Source: Roseibacillus sp. (GTDB lineage Bacteria > Verrucomicrobiota > Verrucomicrobiia > Verrucomicrobiales > Akkermansiaceae). From it: a DNA stretch of 64,000 nucleotides. How positions within the stretch are numbered: the first letter of the stretch is position 1; each line of letters starts with the position of its first letter. Below, one piece after another: positions 42,973 through 52,351 of the stretch. The notes under the pieces were generated by a model, which saw nothing but the letters and a program-made list of their open reading frames with translations, ran no database searches and was not told where the DNA came from. The position numbers and the translations under genes were made by a program. The stretch lies in assembly GCA_965242925.1 (NCBI GenBank), contig CBDEUM010000030.1:224001-288000 (forward strand). The letters run 5' to 3'.

Positions 42973-43515
42973 CTAGCCTTTGAGTCTCTTGAGTTCACGA
43001 CGCAGCATGAGCTTGGTGGCGGCGCTCACCCGATCGATGAAGAGAACCCCATTGAGATGATCGGCCTCGTGCTGGATGACCCGGGCGAGAAGCCCGTCGG
43101 TCTCCAATTCCAGTTCGCTGCCGTCAAGCTGTGGAAACGTTCCCTTTACCATCTCCGGTCGCTGAACCTCGGCCCGAATCTCCTGAATGCTGAGACAGCC
43201 CTCCTCCATTCGCTCCCGTTCACCCCTCTTCTCGAAGCGGGGATTGATGAAGACCAAGGGCATGATGTCCGCCACTTCGGCCTCCTCGCCGTTCACCTTG
43301 AGCACACCCACACAATCCGGGTCGTGCGAAACGTCCACCACCGCCAGTCGCAGATCCTGTCCAACCTGCGGTGCAGCCAGACCCACCCCCTGCGCCTCGC
43401 GCATGGTCTCAATCATATCCTCTGCCAGTGTCCTGATCTCCTCGGTCACTTCGCTTACCGTCCGGCATCGCTTGCGTAAAACGGGGTCACCAAATTGAAT
43501 GATGGGCAGGATCAT
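42973..43515 (-). CDS. def: Peptide deformylase
   Basis: GVGLAAPQVG, EGCLS and QHEADHLNG motifs. Confidence 0.96.
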   Translation of the reverse strand: MILPIIQFGDPVLRKRCRTVSEVTEEIRTLAEDMIETMREAQGVGLAAPQVGQDLRLAVVDVSHDPDCVGVLKVNGEEAEVADIMPLVFINPRFEKRGERERMEEGCLSIQEIRAEVQRPEMVKGTFPQLDGSELELETDGLLARVIQHEADHLNGVLFIDRVSAATKLMLRRELKRLKG

Positions 43516-43991
43516 GGCTGGAGCGGGTCTACGAAATCGACGGGCTGGGGCAGGCGAATGCGGGCGGGCACATCCTTGATATCATATTGCGCTGCGGTGA
43601 GCCCGTCCAGCACCAGGAAGAACTGGGCAAGGGTCGCACCCCGGTCGGCGGCAAGTTCAAGTTTCCGGTGGGGATTTTCCTTCCGAAAGACAATGAGCGC
43701 ATCGGCAAGCAGGTCCGGACTGGCCAGTTCGTAATTGTCCAGGGTGATAGCACCCTCCGCCGTGACCGCCAGCACTGCCCGACGCTCCACCACTTCAGTG
43801 GTTTCCATCTCCTTCACCACCGGCAGGGTCACCCTCACGACTGGTCGTGGCTCCGGGGGCGGGTTGTTGAGTTGCTCCTCCCTGGGAACCCCCCGGGTTA
43901 CGATGAAGAAAATCAGGAGGATGGTGAGAATATCGATGAGCGGCACGATGGGCACCCGCTCCTTCCTCTTCCTGGGCTGGTAAAAGTTCAT
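43512..43991 (-). CDS. ExbD/TolR-family protein
   Basis: IVPLIDILTILLIFF and a C-terminal AADRGA. Confidence 0.88.
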   Translation of the reverse strand: MNFYQPRKRKERVPIVPLIDILTILLIFFIVTRGVPREEQLNNPPPEPRPVVRVTLPVVKEMETTEVVERRAVLAVTAEGAITLDNYELASPDLLADALIVFRKENPHRKLELAADRGATLAQFFLVLDGLTAAQYDIKDVPARIRLPQPVDFVDPLQP

Positions 43992-43998
43992 TGTCCGC

Positions 43999-44754
43999 CT
44001 ACCGGGGGAACTCGGAGAGTTGGGGAGATGTCACGGCCGGCCTCTCTGACATCGTCCCATCGTCCGCACCTTTCCGTCCCGGCCTCCGCTGACAGGCACT
44101 GATGAGAATTCCCAGCAATACTTCCAACCGTGCGGACATGGTCTCGATCTTTCTTGTGAAATAACTGTGGGCCACCACCGACGGCACAGCCACCACCATG
44201 CCCGCAATGGTAGTGCCCAGCGCCCGCGCGATGCCCGAACCAATCTTGGCATTGTTCACCCCGGAGGTAAGGTCTTCCGTATTGCCAAAGATGAGAACCA
44301 GGCCGCTCGCCGTACCCAGCAATCCCAGCAGGGGAGCAACCGTAATGACCACATCCAGCACCGACAGGCCGGCATGCATACGCACAACCTCCTCCTTCGC
44401 ACTGGCCTGCACCGACTCCTGCGCTTCCGCTGCAGAACGGTCACCGTGCTTCATGGCCACGTCGCAAAGTCGTGCCAGAGAGGATTCCCCCGCCCTGAAC
44501 TCTTCCTGCAAGGCCTCCAGACGCCCCTCCTCCACGTGCACCTCGACCAGTTCAAGGTCGCCGGCCAGTCGGTCGGGAACAACCACAGCCCTCGTAAGGG
44601 TGATCATCTTGTAGAGGATGACAATCAGGGCCACCAGCGAGCACAGCACGATGAGCAGCATGAAAAAGCCCCCATCGGAAAAAAATTTCCAGGTTTTCTG
44701 GAGAGCCTCGGGTGCGGCATCCGCCGCCAGGGTGTATGAATCCTTCCGCAACAT
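43999..44754 (-). CDS. MotA/TolQ/ExbB proton-channel protein
   Basis: GGFFM, APLLGLLGT and GIARALGTTIAGMVVAVP motifs. Confidence 0.9.
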   Translation of the reverse strand: MLRKDSYTLAADAAPEALQKTWKFFSDGGFFMLLIVLCSLVALIVILYKMITLTRAVVVPDRLAGDLELVEVHVEEGRLEALQEEFRAGESSLARLCDVAMKHGDRSAAEAQESVQASAKEEVVRMHAGLSVLDVVITVAPLLGLLGTASGLVLIFGNTEDLTSGVNNAKIGSGIARALGTTIAGMVVAVPSVVAHSYFTRKIETMSARLEVLLGILISACQRRPGRKGADDGTMSERPAVTSPQLSEFPR

Positions 44755-44755
44755 G

Positions 44756-45937
44756 TTAGAAACGGAAGTTGATGTGAAACTCCAGTGGTTCACCCTCCAA
44801 CTCCCTGAGCACTTCCTCGGGCATGGCCGGCAACCGGGGTTGCTGCACAGCCTTCATGGTGAAACCCTTCTGCATCGCACTGGCTTGGAAGACGTCGAGG
44901 TAGCGCAAACCCGACACCTTGCCGTTCTTATCGACATAAAACCGGAGAGTGAGGATCCCCGGCAGCACGTGATCCCGGTGCATCACGCAGCGCCGCTGCC
45001 ACTCGGTCTCGATCATGCGGTTCACCCGGGCCTTGTATTTTCCGAGCGCAGTGGCTTCAACCTTGAGGGAACTCCGTCCCTGGCGACTGATCGTCCCCTC
45101 CATCCTCGTCTTCCTGGACTCCGTCCGAAAACCGCCATTCTTCACCTGCTCTCTGATCGGTTCCTGACTTTGCCCGTCCTCCCCTTTCCTGGTCACCTCG
45201 GCCTCACGCTCGTTCTTCTTTCTCCTCGGGAGCGTTTCTTCCTTCTCCTCCTGCACGCCTTCCTCGGCTGGCACCTCCACCGTATTCCTGCTCTCCAGCA
45301 AATCTTCCTTCGCCCTGCCCTTCTCCTCCTCGGGTTGATCTGTTGCGACCGGGGCCGTTAAATCCCCAACGGCTGATTCGGGATCGCCTGCCACCTCCTG
45401 CGGATCCACATTTTCCGGAGCCGCCCTGCTCTCCTCCTCACCAGGAGAGAAATCGGAATTGAACAGGTTGCGCTCGTTGCGCACGGAATCTTCCCCTTCC
45501 TGGGTCGGCAACTCGGGACCATCCTCCTTGGCCGGTGCCAGTTCGGCAGCCGCCAGGGTGTTCCGTTCACCGATCAGAATCGCCCCCTCGGGAGCCTCTT
45601 CGGATTCCTGGTCCGGACTGGTCTTGGCATAGCCGACGGGATCGTTCTCGATCGGATCGATCCTGACAGGTTCTCCGGGTTCGGACACCTCCTCCGGTTC
45701 CAGTGCTTCGCGCAGGGCGAGCAGGGCCGCCGCATCCAGTTCGACCACAACATCCTTAAACTCGTCAGGATCATCCGGACGCGCCAGTTCGGGAGGTTCG
45801 GGCTCTTCCTCCTCCGCAATCAGAATATCGACCATGGTGGTACCCACTATCGCACCGAAGGCCACGAAGTGCAGTGCAAGAGCAGCGACCACCGCGACAG
45901 CAAAGCTTCGTTCTCTGGCTGGTCTGACTGAAATCAC
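44756..45937 (-). CDS. TonB/TolA-like energy transducer (start uncertain; the ORF extends to 46006)
   Basis: TM segment with AALALH, long acidic/Pro linker, and C-terminal LRFYVDKNGKVS...PAMP...FHINF; directly upstream of exbB-exbD. Confidence 0.7.
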   Translation of the reverse strand: MISVRPARERSFAVAVVAALALHFVAFGAIVGTTMVDILIAEEEEPEPPELARPDDPDEFKDVVVELDAAALLALREALEPEEVSEPGEPVRIDPIENDPVGYAKTSPDQESEEAPEGAILIGERNTLAAAELAPAKEDGPELPTQEGEDSVRNERNLFNSDFSPGEEESRAAPENVDPQEVAGDPESAVGDLTAPVATDQPEEEKGRAKEDLLESRNTVEVPAEEGVQEEKEETLPRRKKNEREAEVTRKGEDGQSQEPIREQVKNGGFRTESRKTRMEGTISRQGRSSLKVEATALGKYKARVNRMIETEWQRRCVMHRDHVLPGILTLRFYVDKNGKVSGLRYLDVFQASAMQKGFTMKAVQQPRLPAMPEEVLRELEGEPLEFHINFRF

Positions 45938-45975
45938 CGCGTGCGCAGTCTCGCCTCCCTTTCCCCTGCTGGCAA

Positions 45976-47310
45976 CTACGGAACCGCACTCCAGGCCTTC
46001 CAACACTCCAGAAACCCGCTCGCAAAGTCCTGCGGACGCCTCGCAATCCAGCGATTCACCTCATCGGGGAACAACCACAGGCCCGCATCCACCTCCGAGC
46101 AGGGGAAGCGAATGGGATTCGTCTGCCGAAGCTCGAAGAGATGGACAAACTCCCAGCCGGTTTCCACCGTGGGGGGCAGGGTTGCCACCAGCTTGAGCTC
46201 GGCCCCCTTCTGCCCAGCCTCTTCCTCCAACTCACGCACCGCACAGGCTTCGTAATCTTCCCCGGCATCGAGGTGCCCGGCCACGCTCGAATCCCAGGTT
46301 CCGGGATGAGTGTCCTTCAATCGCGACCTCTTCTGCAGGAACACCTCCCCACCTTTATTGAAGATGAAAGCGTGAATGGCACGGTGGAGCAGATTGCGCT
46401 GATGCACCACCTCCCGCTGTTCCTGCCTGACCACTTCGTCGTCTTCATTCACCACGTCAAATACCTCATCGCCACGCTGCGGAATCTCGCTCAAGGGGTG
46501 AAGATCGTAGTGCCGGCACAGATCCACCCACTGCCTGAGGCTCAATTCTTCCGCCCGGATCGTCTCCGCCACTCCCAGCGCCGCTGCCACCACCGCCCAT
46601 TCCGGCTCCGGTGGCAGGGCCTTGCGAAGCTGCTTGCGTCGCTGCGCGAATCCCCGCCGCACCAGTTCGTCAAAGAGACGTGCATCGTAGACCGGCAGAT
46701 CGTCACCCCGGGGCTCCACCGCCATCAGGGTGGAATTGATGGTCGGGCGTGGATAGAAAACCTCCGGGCCGATGGTCTTCAGCGGCGTGCTCAACCACTC
46801 ACTCTGCATACGCAGCGCCAGCACCCCGTAGTTCTTGGTCCTCGGCACCGCCAGAATACGGTCAATCACCTCCTTCTGCAGCATCAGCACAGCCCGCGAG
46901 ACCGGGGAAGGCCGCTGAAGGAAATTGCGGAGAATCGCCCCACCCGCGGAGTAAGGCAGGTTGCCCAGAAACTTGACCGGGCGCTCCTTGAAGAGCGATC
47001 GCAGGTCAAAACGCGCCCCATCGGCATGCACCACCTCCACCGTATCCTCACCAGCAAACCGTTCCTTCAGCCACGCCGCAAGCCGCCGGTCGTATTCCAC
47101 CAAAAGAAGGCGGCGCACCCGCCCAACCAAAGCCTCGCTCAAAGCTCCCGTGCCGGGTCCCACCTCTACTACGAAGTCTCCAGGCTCGGGCTGCAATTGA
47201 TCCACGATCCAACGGGCGGTGTTGGGATCTGTTAGGAAGTTCTGGCCCAGTTTCTTCGACGGCACCACCTCAGCCTCTGCTAAAGCCGCCCTGACATCAG
47301 TCCCGCTCAC
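45976..47310 (-). CDS. rsmA: 16S rRNA m6,2A dimethyltransferase RsmA/KsgA fused to a C-terminal Nudix domain
   Basis: KKLGQNFL, VEVGPGTG, GNLPY and FAQRRKQL, then the Nudix box GHLDAGEDYEACAVRELEEEAG. Confidence 0.92.
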   Translation of the reverse strand: MSGTDVRAALAEAEVVPSKKLGQNFLTDPNTARWIVDQLQPEPGDFVVEVGPGTGALSEALVGRVRRLLLVEYDRRLAAWLKERFAGEDTVEVVHADGARFDLRSLFKERPVKFLGNLPYSAGGAILRNFLQRPSPVSRAVLMLQKEVIDRILAVPRTKNYGVLALRMQSEWLSTPLKTIGPEVFYPRPTINSTLMAVEPRGDDLPVYDARLFDELVRRGFAQRRKQLRKALPPEPEWAVVAAALGVAETIRAEELSLRQWVDLCRHYDLHPLSEIPQRGDEVFDVVNEDDEVVRQEQREVVHQRNLLHRAIHAFIFNKGGEVFLQKRSRLKDTHPGTWDSSVAGHLDAGEDYEACAVRELEEEAGQKGAELKLVATLPPTVETGWEFVHLFELRQTNPIRFPCSEVDAGLWLFPDEVNRWIARRPQDFASGFLECWKAWSAVP

Positions 47311-47395
47311 GCCAGAAGAGTGGATCAGTGGAGCGCAAGGAGCAAGGAGCGAGAGACCGATCTGAAACCAATCGCCACTCGTCGTTCCTGCCTCT

Positions 47396-48025
47396 ATGTT
47401 CGAACCTACCGTGACCCTGGCCACCTATCTGACCCTCCTCCGTACCCTTCTCGTTCCGGTCTTCGCGGTCCTCGCGGTCTACTACGGGGTGAGCGTGGAA
47501 GACGGCGCCCCGGTCGAGGCCTACCACTGGTGGGCAGTCAGTGTTTTTGTGGTAGCAGCCCTCACCGACCTGGCCGACGGCATCATCGCCCGCCGCTGCA
47601 ACCAGCATACACTTCTGGGCGCGGTCCTCGACCCCATCGCCGACAAACTCCTCATCCTCACCGCCATCCTCATCCTCTCCATTTGGCCCTGGGGAGACGG
47701 CTGGGGCATCCCTATTTGGTTCGTCGGACTTGTCATCGTCCGCGATGCTGTCGTATGGGGCGGCATCGCCGTGCTGCGTTTCCTCGAACACCGGGTGGAG
47801 ATCCAACCCCACTGGACCGGGAAGATCTGCACTGCTCTTCTCATGGTCACAGTAGCCTGGACCGGACTCAAGATCATCCCCCTTAACCCGATTTACCCCA
47901 CCACCGTCACCGCCTTCTTCCTCGTCCTCGCCACCTCCATCAATATTCGCCAGGGTATCGACCAACTCCATCAGGGTGAATTGAAACGCACAACCGAACA
48001 GGAACATGACCAGCCAGTCCCGTAA
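47396..48025 (+). CDS. pgsA: CDP-alcohol phosphatidyltransferase (PgsA-like)
   Basis: TDLADGIIARR...GAVLDPIADK motif. Confidence 0.85.
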   Translation: MFEPTVTLATYLTLLRTLLVPVFAVLAVYYGVSVEDGAPVEAYHWWAVSVFVVAALTDLADGIIARRCNQHTLLGAVLDPIADKLLILTAILILSIWPWGDGWGIPIWFVGLVIVRDAVVWGGIAVLRFLEHRVEIQPHWTGKICTALLMVTVAWTGLKIIPLNPIYPTTVTAFFLVLATSINIRQGIDQLHQGELKRTTEQEHDQPVP

Positions 48026-49394
48026 ACCCGTGATCGCCCTCGTGGGGCGTCCTAACGTGGGCAAGTCCGCTCTCTTCAATCGCCTGGCAGGCCGCACCAT
48101 CTCCATCGTGCATGATCAGCCAGGCGTCACACGCGATCGCGTCTCCGCTCCATGCTCCCTCACTGACGTCCCCTGTGATCTGGTCGACACCGGAGGCATC
48201 GGGGCCCTGGTTGACGCGGACTTCGCTGAGGCCGTCAGCACTGGGGCACAGATCGCAATCGACACCGCGGAAATCATTCTTTTCCTCGTCGATGCCCGCG
48301 AGGGACTGACTCCGGTCGACGAGTCCATCGCACAGCAACTTCGCAAGGCCGCGAAAAAGGTCTGCCTCGTCCTCAACAAGGCTGACCACGAAGAACTCGA
48401 CCACATCGCCGGCGACTTTGCCCGACTCGGTCTGGGTGCAGGTCTTTCCGTCTCGGCCGCACACGGCCGCAACTTCAAGGCTCTCCTGAGCGAACTGGAT
48501 ACCCGCCTCACCCCCTTTGCTGAATCCGCCCGTGAGGCTGAGACAGCTGCCCGGGTTACAGGTCTCAAGATCGTGGTGATCGGCAAACCTAACGCCGGCA
48601 AATCCTCGCTTGTCAACGCCATCCTCGATGACGAGCGAACGATCGTCTCGGAAGTGGCCGGCACTACCCGGGACGCGGTGGACATTCCCTACGATCGGGC
48701 CGGAGAACGCCACACCCTTATCGACACCGCTGGTCTTCGGCAGCGTTCCCGCATGGACACTTCCGTGGAGGTGTTCTCCGCCATGCGCGCGGAACGCTCT
48801 ATCCGCCGGGCGGATCTCTGCCTCCTGGTGGTCGATCTCTCTGCCGGCATCTCCGCCCAGGATCGCAAGATTGCCCGCCTCGTGCAACGCGAACAGAAGC
48901 CCTGCATCATCATCGCCAACAAGTGGGATCTCTACCACCCGGACGCTCCCAAGCGAGCGCGCATGGAAGAAGCCGAGGAGATCATCCGAACAGAGCTCTT
49001 CTTTCTCCATTACGCTCCCTTCATCTGCGTCTCCGCCCGGGAGAAACAGGAACTTGACCGTATATTCGGCTCTATCCGCAAAGTGCGTGAGGACGCCCAG
49101 AACGTCATCGGAACGGGAGAACTGAATCGCCTCCTTGCTGACGCTCTCCGCCGCAATCCTCCTCCCGCCGGCAAACGCCATCGCAGACGACTGAAGATTC
49201 TCTACGCCACTGCTGCCGTGAACGAGCGCTACGCTGCCATTCCGGTGCCTCGTTATATTCTCTTCGTCAACGACAAACGCCTCCTCGCAGACTCCTACCA
49301 GTCCTACCTCGAGAATACACTGCGCAAGGAAACCTCTTCCCTCGGTCTGCCTATCAACTTCTCGGCGCGATCACGCCGCAAACCCGAAATGTAA
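48006..49394 (+). CDS. der: Ribosome biogenesis GTPase Der/EngA
   Basis: Two G domains (GRPNVGKS/DTGG and GKPNAGKS/DTAG) plus a KH-like C-terminus. Confidence 0.96.
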   Translation: MTSQSRKPVIALVGRPNVGKSALFNRLAGRTISIVHDQPGVTRDRVSAPCSLTDVPCDLVDTGGIGALVDADFAEAVSTGAQIAIDTAEIILFLVDAREGLTPVDESIAQQLRKAAKKVCLVLNKADHEELDHIAGDFARLGLGAGLSVSAAHGRNFKALLSELDTRLTPFAESAREAETAARVTGLKIVVIGKPNAGKSSLVNAILDDERTIVSEVAGTTRDAVDIPYDRAGERHTLIDTAGLRQRSRMDTSVEVFSAMRAERSIRRADLCLLVVDLSAGISAQDRKIARLVQREQKPCIIIANKWDLYHPDAPKRARMEEAEEIIRTELFFLHYAPFICVSAREKQELDRIFGSIRKVREDAQNVIGTGELNRLLADALRRNPPPAGKRHRRRLKILYATAAVNERYAAIPVPRYILFVNDKRLLADSYQSYLENTLRKETSSLGLPINFSARSRRKPEM

Positions 49395-49519
49395 CCCCCC
49401 GGCGTAGCTCCCTGGCGCATTTTCAGGACTTCATCCTGGTTTTTCGGAACCTCCAGCGATCACCCTTCCACCGCACCTTGATCGTTGATCCCCCAACGAT
49501 CAAGGTACAGGCTTCCCTC

Positions 49520-50497
49520 ATGCCGCTTCTCGACGTCCGCAATCTCACCACCCGGTTTCATACGCGTACGGGAGTCGTGCACGCGGTGGAAGGCGTCTCC
49601 TTCTCCCTGGGGGCCGGACAGACCATCGGGATCGTGGGTGAATCCGGCTCGGGCAAGAGCGTGACCTGCTACTCGCTCCTTGACCTCATCCCGCAACCAC
49701 CGGGCAAGATCCACTCCGGCGAAGCCATCTTCGACGGGATCGATCTCCTCAAGAGCTCCGAGAGAGAGTTGCGTGGCATTCGCGGCAAACGGATTTCCAT
49801 GATCTTTCAGGACCCCATGACCTCCCTCAATCCCTATCTCAGGATCTCGAAGCAACTCACCGAACCGCTCGAGATCCACGAGGGGCTGAATGGATCGGAA
49901 GCGCTCAAGCGTGCCATAGAATCGCTGGAGGAAGTCGGAATTCCCGAAGCCTCCAAGCGCATTCACTCCTACCCTCATGAGTTTTCCGGCGGCATGCGTC
50001 AACGCGTCATGATCGCGATGGCACTCATCACCCGGCCCGAAATCCTCATCGCCGACGAACCCTCCACCGCCCTCGACGTCACTGTCCAGAAGCAGGTTCT
50101 CGATCTCCTGAACGAGCGACAGAAGGCGCTCGGACTCTCCATCATCCTGATCACTCACGATCTCGCGGTGGTTTCAGAAAGCTGCGAGGTCGTCCATGTC
50201 ATGTATGCCGGACGCATCGTGGAGCAGGCGCCCACCACTGACCTCTTTACAAATCCGCAGCATGCCTATACCCGCGCCCTTCTCAAGAGCATCCCCGCCA
50301 CCCACCAGCGCGGAGAATCCCTCTACACCATCCCAGGCATCCCGCCCGACCTTTCCCAGGAACCCACCCACTGCTCCTTCAACCCGCGCAACACCATCGG
50401 TGATGCCTCCCGCTGCCTGACCGATCGTCGCCCGGAACTGACCGAGGTCGCAGAGGGACATTTCGCCCAGGACTGCCCCGGTTGCCTCGCGAAATAA
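49520..50497 (+). CDS. Oligopeptide ABC transporter ATPase (OppD/DppD-like), without partner genes nearby
   Basis: GESGSGKS, FQDPMTSLNP, FSGGMRQR, IADEP and C-terminal Cys motif. Confidence 0.92.
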   Translation: MPLLDVRNLTTRFHTRTGVVHAVEGVSFSLGAGQTIGIVGESGSGKSVTCYSLLDLIPQPPGKIHSGEAIFDGIDLLKSSERELRGIRGKRISMIFQDPMTSLNPYLRISKQLTEPLEIHEGLNGSEALKRAIESLEEVGIPEASKRIHSYPHEFSGGMRQRVMIAMALITRPEILIADEPSTALDVTVQKQVLDLLNERQKALGLSIILITHDLAVVSESCEVVHVMYAGRIVEQAPTTDLFTNPQHAYTRALLKSIPATHQRGESLYTIPGIPPDLSQEPTHCSFNPRNTIGDASRCLTDRRPELTEVAEGHFAQDCPGCLAK

Positions 50498-50591
50498 CAG
50501 CTAGTCCTAACTGCGGCAGAGGCAGCCCTGGAGACGAGAACCGGCCGTCCCCGTTGACCCAGGATTCCGGTTCCCGGCGAAACCTGATTTT

Positions 50592-51020
50592 CTACGCCTC
50601 AATCTCCTCTCCACCAACGTAAAAACCGATCTTGCGCCTCTTCTCCGGTTCAACCTTCTGGGTATAGCACAGGATCTGAAAACTCGACTGGTGCGAAACA
50701 AACATGCAGGGCGCTCCGTCGAGACCCCCCTCCACCACGACGCTGGAATGCCCGTCTTCGCCAACTGAACGCACTTCAATGGCGTTTCCATTCGAGAGCA
50801 GGGCGAGGATCACAGGTTGTTCATCCTCCCCCAGACGCTCACGCCACTTCTGGACGCGGTGCGCCAGGCGTTTCACGAACTCTCCCGCCGATTCGAACCG
50901 ATGCTGCTGCTCAGCCGGCATGTGCGCGAGAATCTCCCCGATATCGGGCATACCAGTCGCTCCCGGGAGGCTGAGATACGGACGGCGCAGGGGACCCTTG
51001 TTTTCAGCTTCCTCGCTCAT
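50592..51020 (-). CDS. Conserved hypothetical protein (DUF6173-like)
   Basis: Coupled to folE2 by an ATGA overlap; ends in RRKIGF. The family call is from memory of the pattern only. Confidence 0.6.
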   Translation of the reverse strand: MSEEAENKGPLRRPYLSLPGATGMPDIGEILAHMPAEQQHRFESAGEFVKRLAHRVQKWRERLGEDEQPVILALLSNGNAIEVRSVGEDGHSSVVVEGGLDGAPCMFVSHQSSFQILCYTQKVEPEKRRKIGFYVGGEEIEA

Positions 51021-51805
51021 GAATTCCCGCGCTTCTCGATTACCGCGTAGGCATTGTGGTTATGAATGGATTCGAAATTCTCCGCCTCTATCCGGTACCA
51101 TGTGATCATTTCATGCGCCTCGGAGCGCGAGGCCACATTCCGCACCAGATCTTCCACAAATACCGGATGATCGTAGGCACGCTCCGTTACCTCCTTTTCA
51201 TCGGGTCGCTTGAGCAAGCTGTAGAGCTCCGAACTGGCCGAACATTCCACCAGATCCACCGCATCCTCGATCCACACTGGCTCCGAGAACCGGATCGCAT
51301 AGGTCACCATCCCGCGCTGATTGTGCGCCCCGCGGTTGCTGATTGCCTTGGAGCACGGACAGAGCGTGGTCACTGGCACTATTACGGTCAGAACGAAGTC
51401 AATCCCACCTTCCTTCTCCGCATCCACTTCAAAACGCACCTCGTAGTCCATGAGCCCCTTCTTCTTGGTCACCGGTGCGGACTTGGACCGGAAGAACGGA
51501 AACTGAAAGCTCACGTGGGCGCGCCGCGCATCAAGACGCTCCAATAACTCCTGCGGCAGGGACGCCATGCTGCGCACATCCAGACAGTTGCCATGCGAAT
51601 TCAGAATCTCGACGAAACGGCTCATGTGGGTGCCCTTGTAGTGATGCGGCAGGTCCACTGCCAAAGCGACCGTGGCAACCGTACGCTGCACCTCCCCGCT
51701 CTTCTCACGCACCTCCACAGGAAAACGCAGGGACTTCACACCCACCCGGTCGATCGGAAGATTACGATCGTCCCTCTCGTTCTGCATGTCCGTCAGTTCG
51801 TGCAT
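51017..51805 (-). CDS. folE2: GTP cyclohydrolase IB
   Basis: IDRVGV, KGTHMSRF, TTLCPCSKAIS, GAHNQR and ESIHNHNA motifs. Confidence 0.95.
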   Translation of the reverse strand: MHELTDMQNERDDRNLPIDRVGVKSLRFPVEVREKSGEVQRTVATVALAVDLPHHYKGTHMSRFVEILNSHGNCLDVRSMASLPQELLERLDARRAHVSFQFPFFRSKSAPVTKKKGLMDYEVRFEVDAEKEGGIDFVLTVIVPVTTLCPCSKAISNRGAHNQRGMVTYAIRFSEPVWIEDAVDLVECSASSELYSLLKRPDEKEVTERAYDHPVFVEDLVRNVASRSEAHEMITWYRIEAENFESIHNHNAYAVIEKRGNS

Positions 51806-51877
51806 CGGTCCTCTAGGTCCTGCAACTTCGAGACAAGACCAGAATACCGCCCAGGAACCGAACGCTTCGGAATCGGT

Positions 51878-52120
51878 TCAGGGCAGCAGATTCACCGCCC
51901 GGGCCCGCTTGATCTCACGCGTGATCTTGCGGTGCATCTTGGCGGATACGCCAGTCACTCGGCGCGGAAGGATCTTGCCAGTTTCCGTGGTGAACTTGGA
52001 AAGAACCTCAGGACTCTGATAGCTGATGCGATGCATCTCGAGGTCGAGACGCTTAGTTGTCATCTGCTTGTTAGCCTTGCGAAAGGCAATCCGCCGCTCC
52101 TTGGTTTTGGGCTCGCTCAT
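51878..52120 (-). CDS. rpsR: 30S ribosomal protein S18 (Cys-free form)
   Basis: [10 protein letters not shown]...IKRAR; no Cys residues. Confidence 0.95.
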   Translation of the reverse strand: MSEPKTKERRIAFRKANKQMTTKRLDLEMHRISYQSPEVLSKFTTETGKILPRRVTGVSAKMHRKITREIKRARAVNLLP

Positions 52121-52129
52121 GATCAGTCG

Positions 52130-52303
52130 TTAGCGGAGTTCGCGGTGAAGCGTCCGGCGCTTGAGATAGTGGTTGAACTTCACCTTCTCCAAACGGCCAG
52201 GCGTCTGCAGGCTCTTCTTGTTGCGGGTGGTCACGTAGCGGGATGGCTGCTTGCCCTCCGCTTTCGCTTCGGTGCACTCAAGGATGATGATGTCGCGCGG
52301 CAT
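52130..52303 (-). CDS. rpmG: 50S ribosomal protein L33 (no Zn ribbon)
   Basis: MPRDIIILECTE...RYVTTRNKK...LHRE; only one Cys. Confidence 0.93.
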   Translation of the reverse strand: MPRDIIILECTEAKAEGKQPSRYVTTRNKKSLQTPGRLEKVKFNHYLKRRTLHRELR

Positions 52304-52323
52304 GACTTGCGAAAAGGGCCGGA

Positions 52324-52351
52324 AACCTAGCCAATCAGGCGCGTGCGTCAA
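52324..52351 (-). promoter_or_regulatory. Sigma70-like promoter of rpmG-rpsR
   Basis: TTGACG-16 nt-TAGGTT; the -35 element lies inside the dksA 3' end. Confidence 0.5.
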
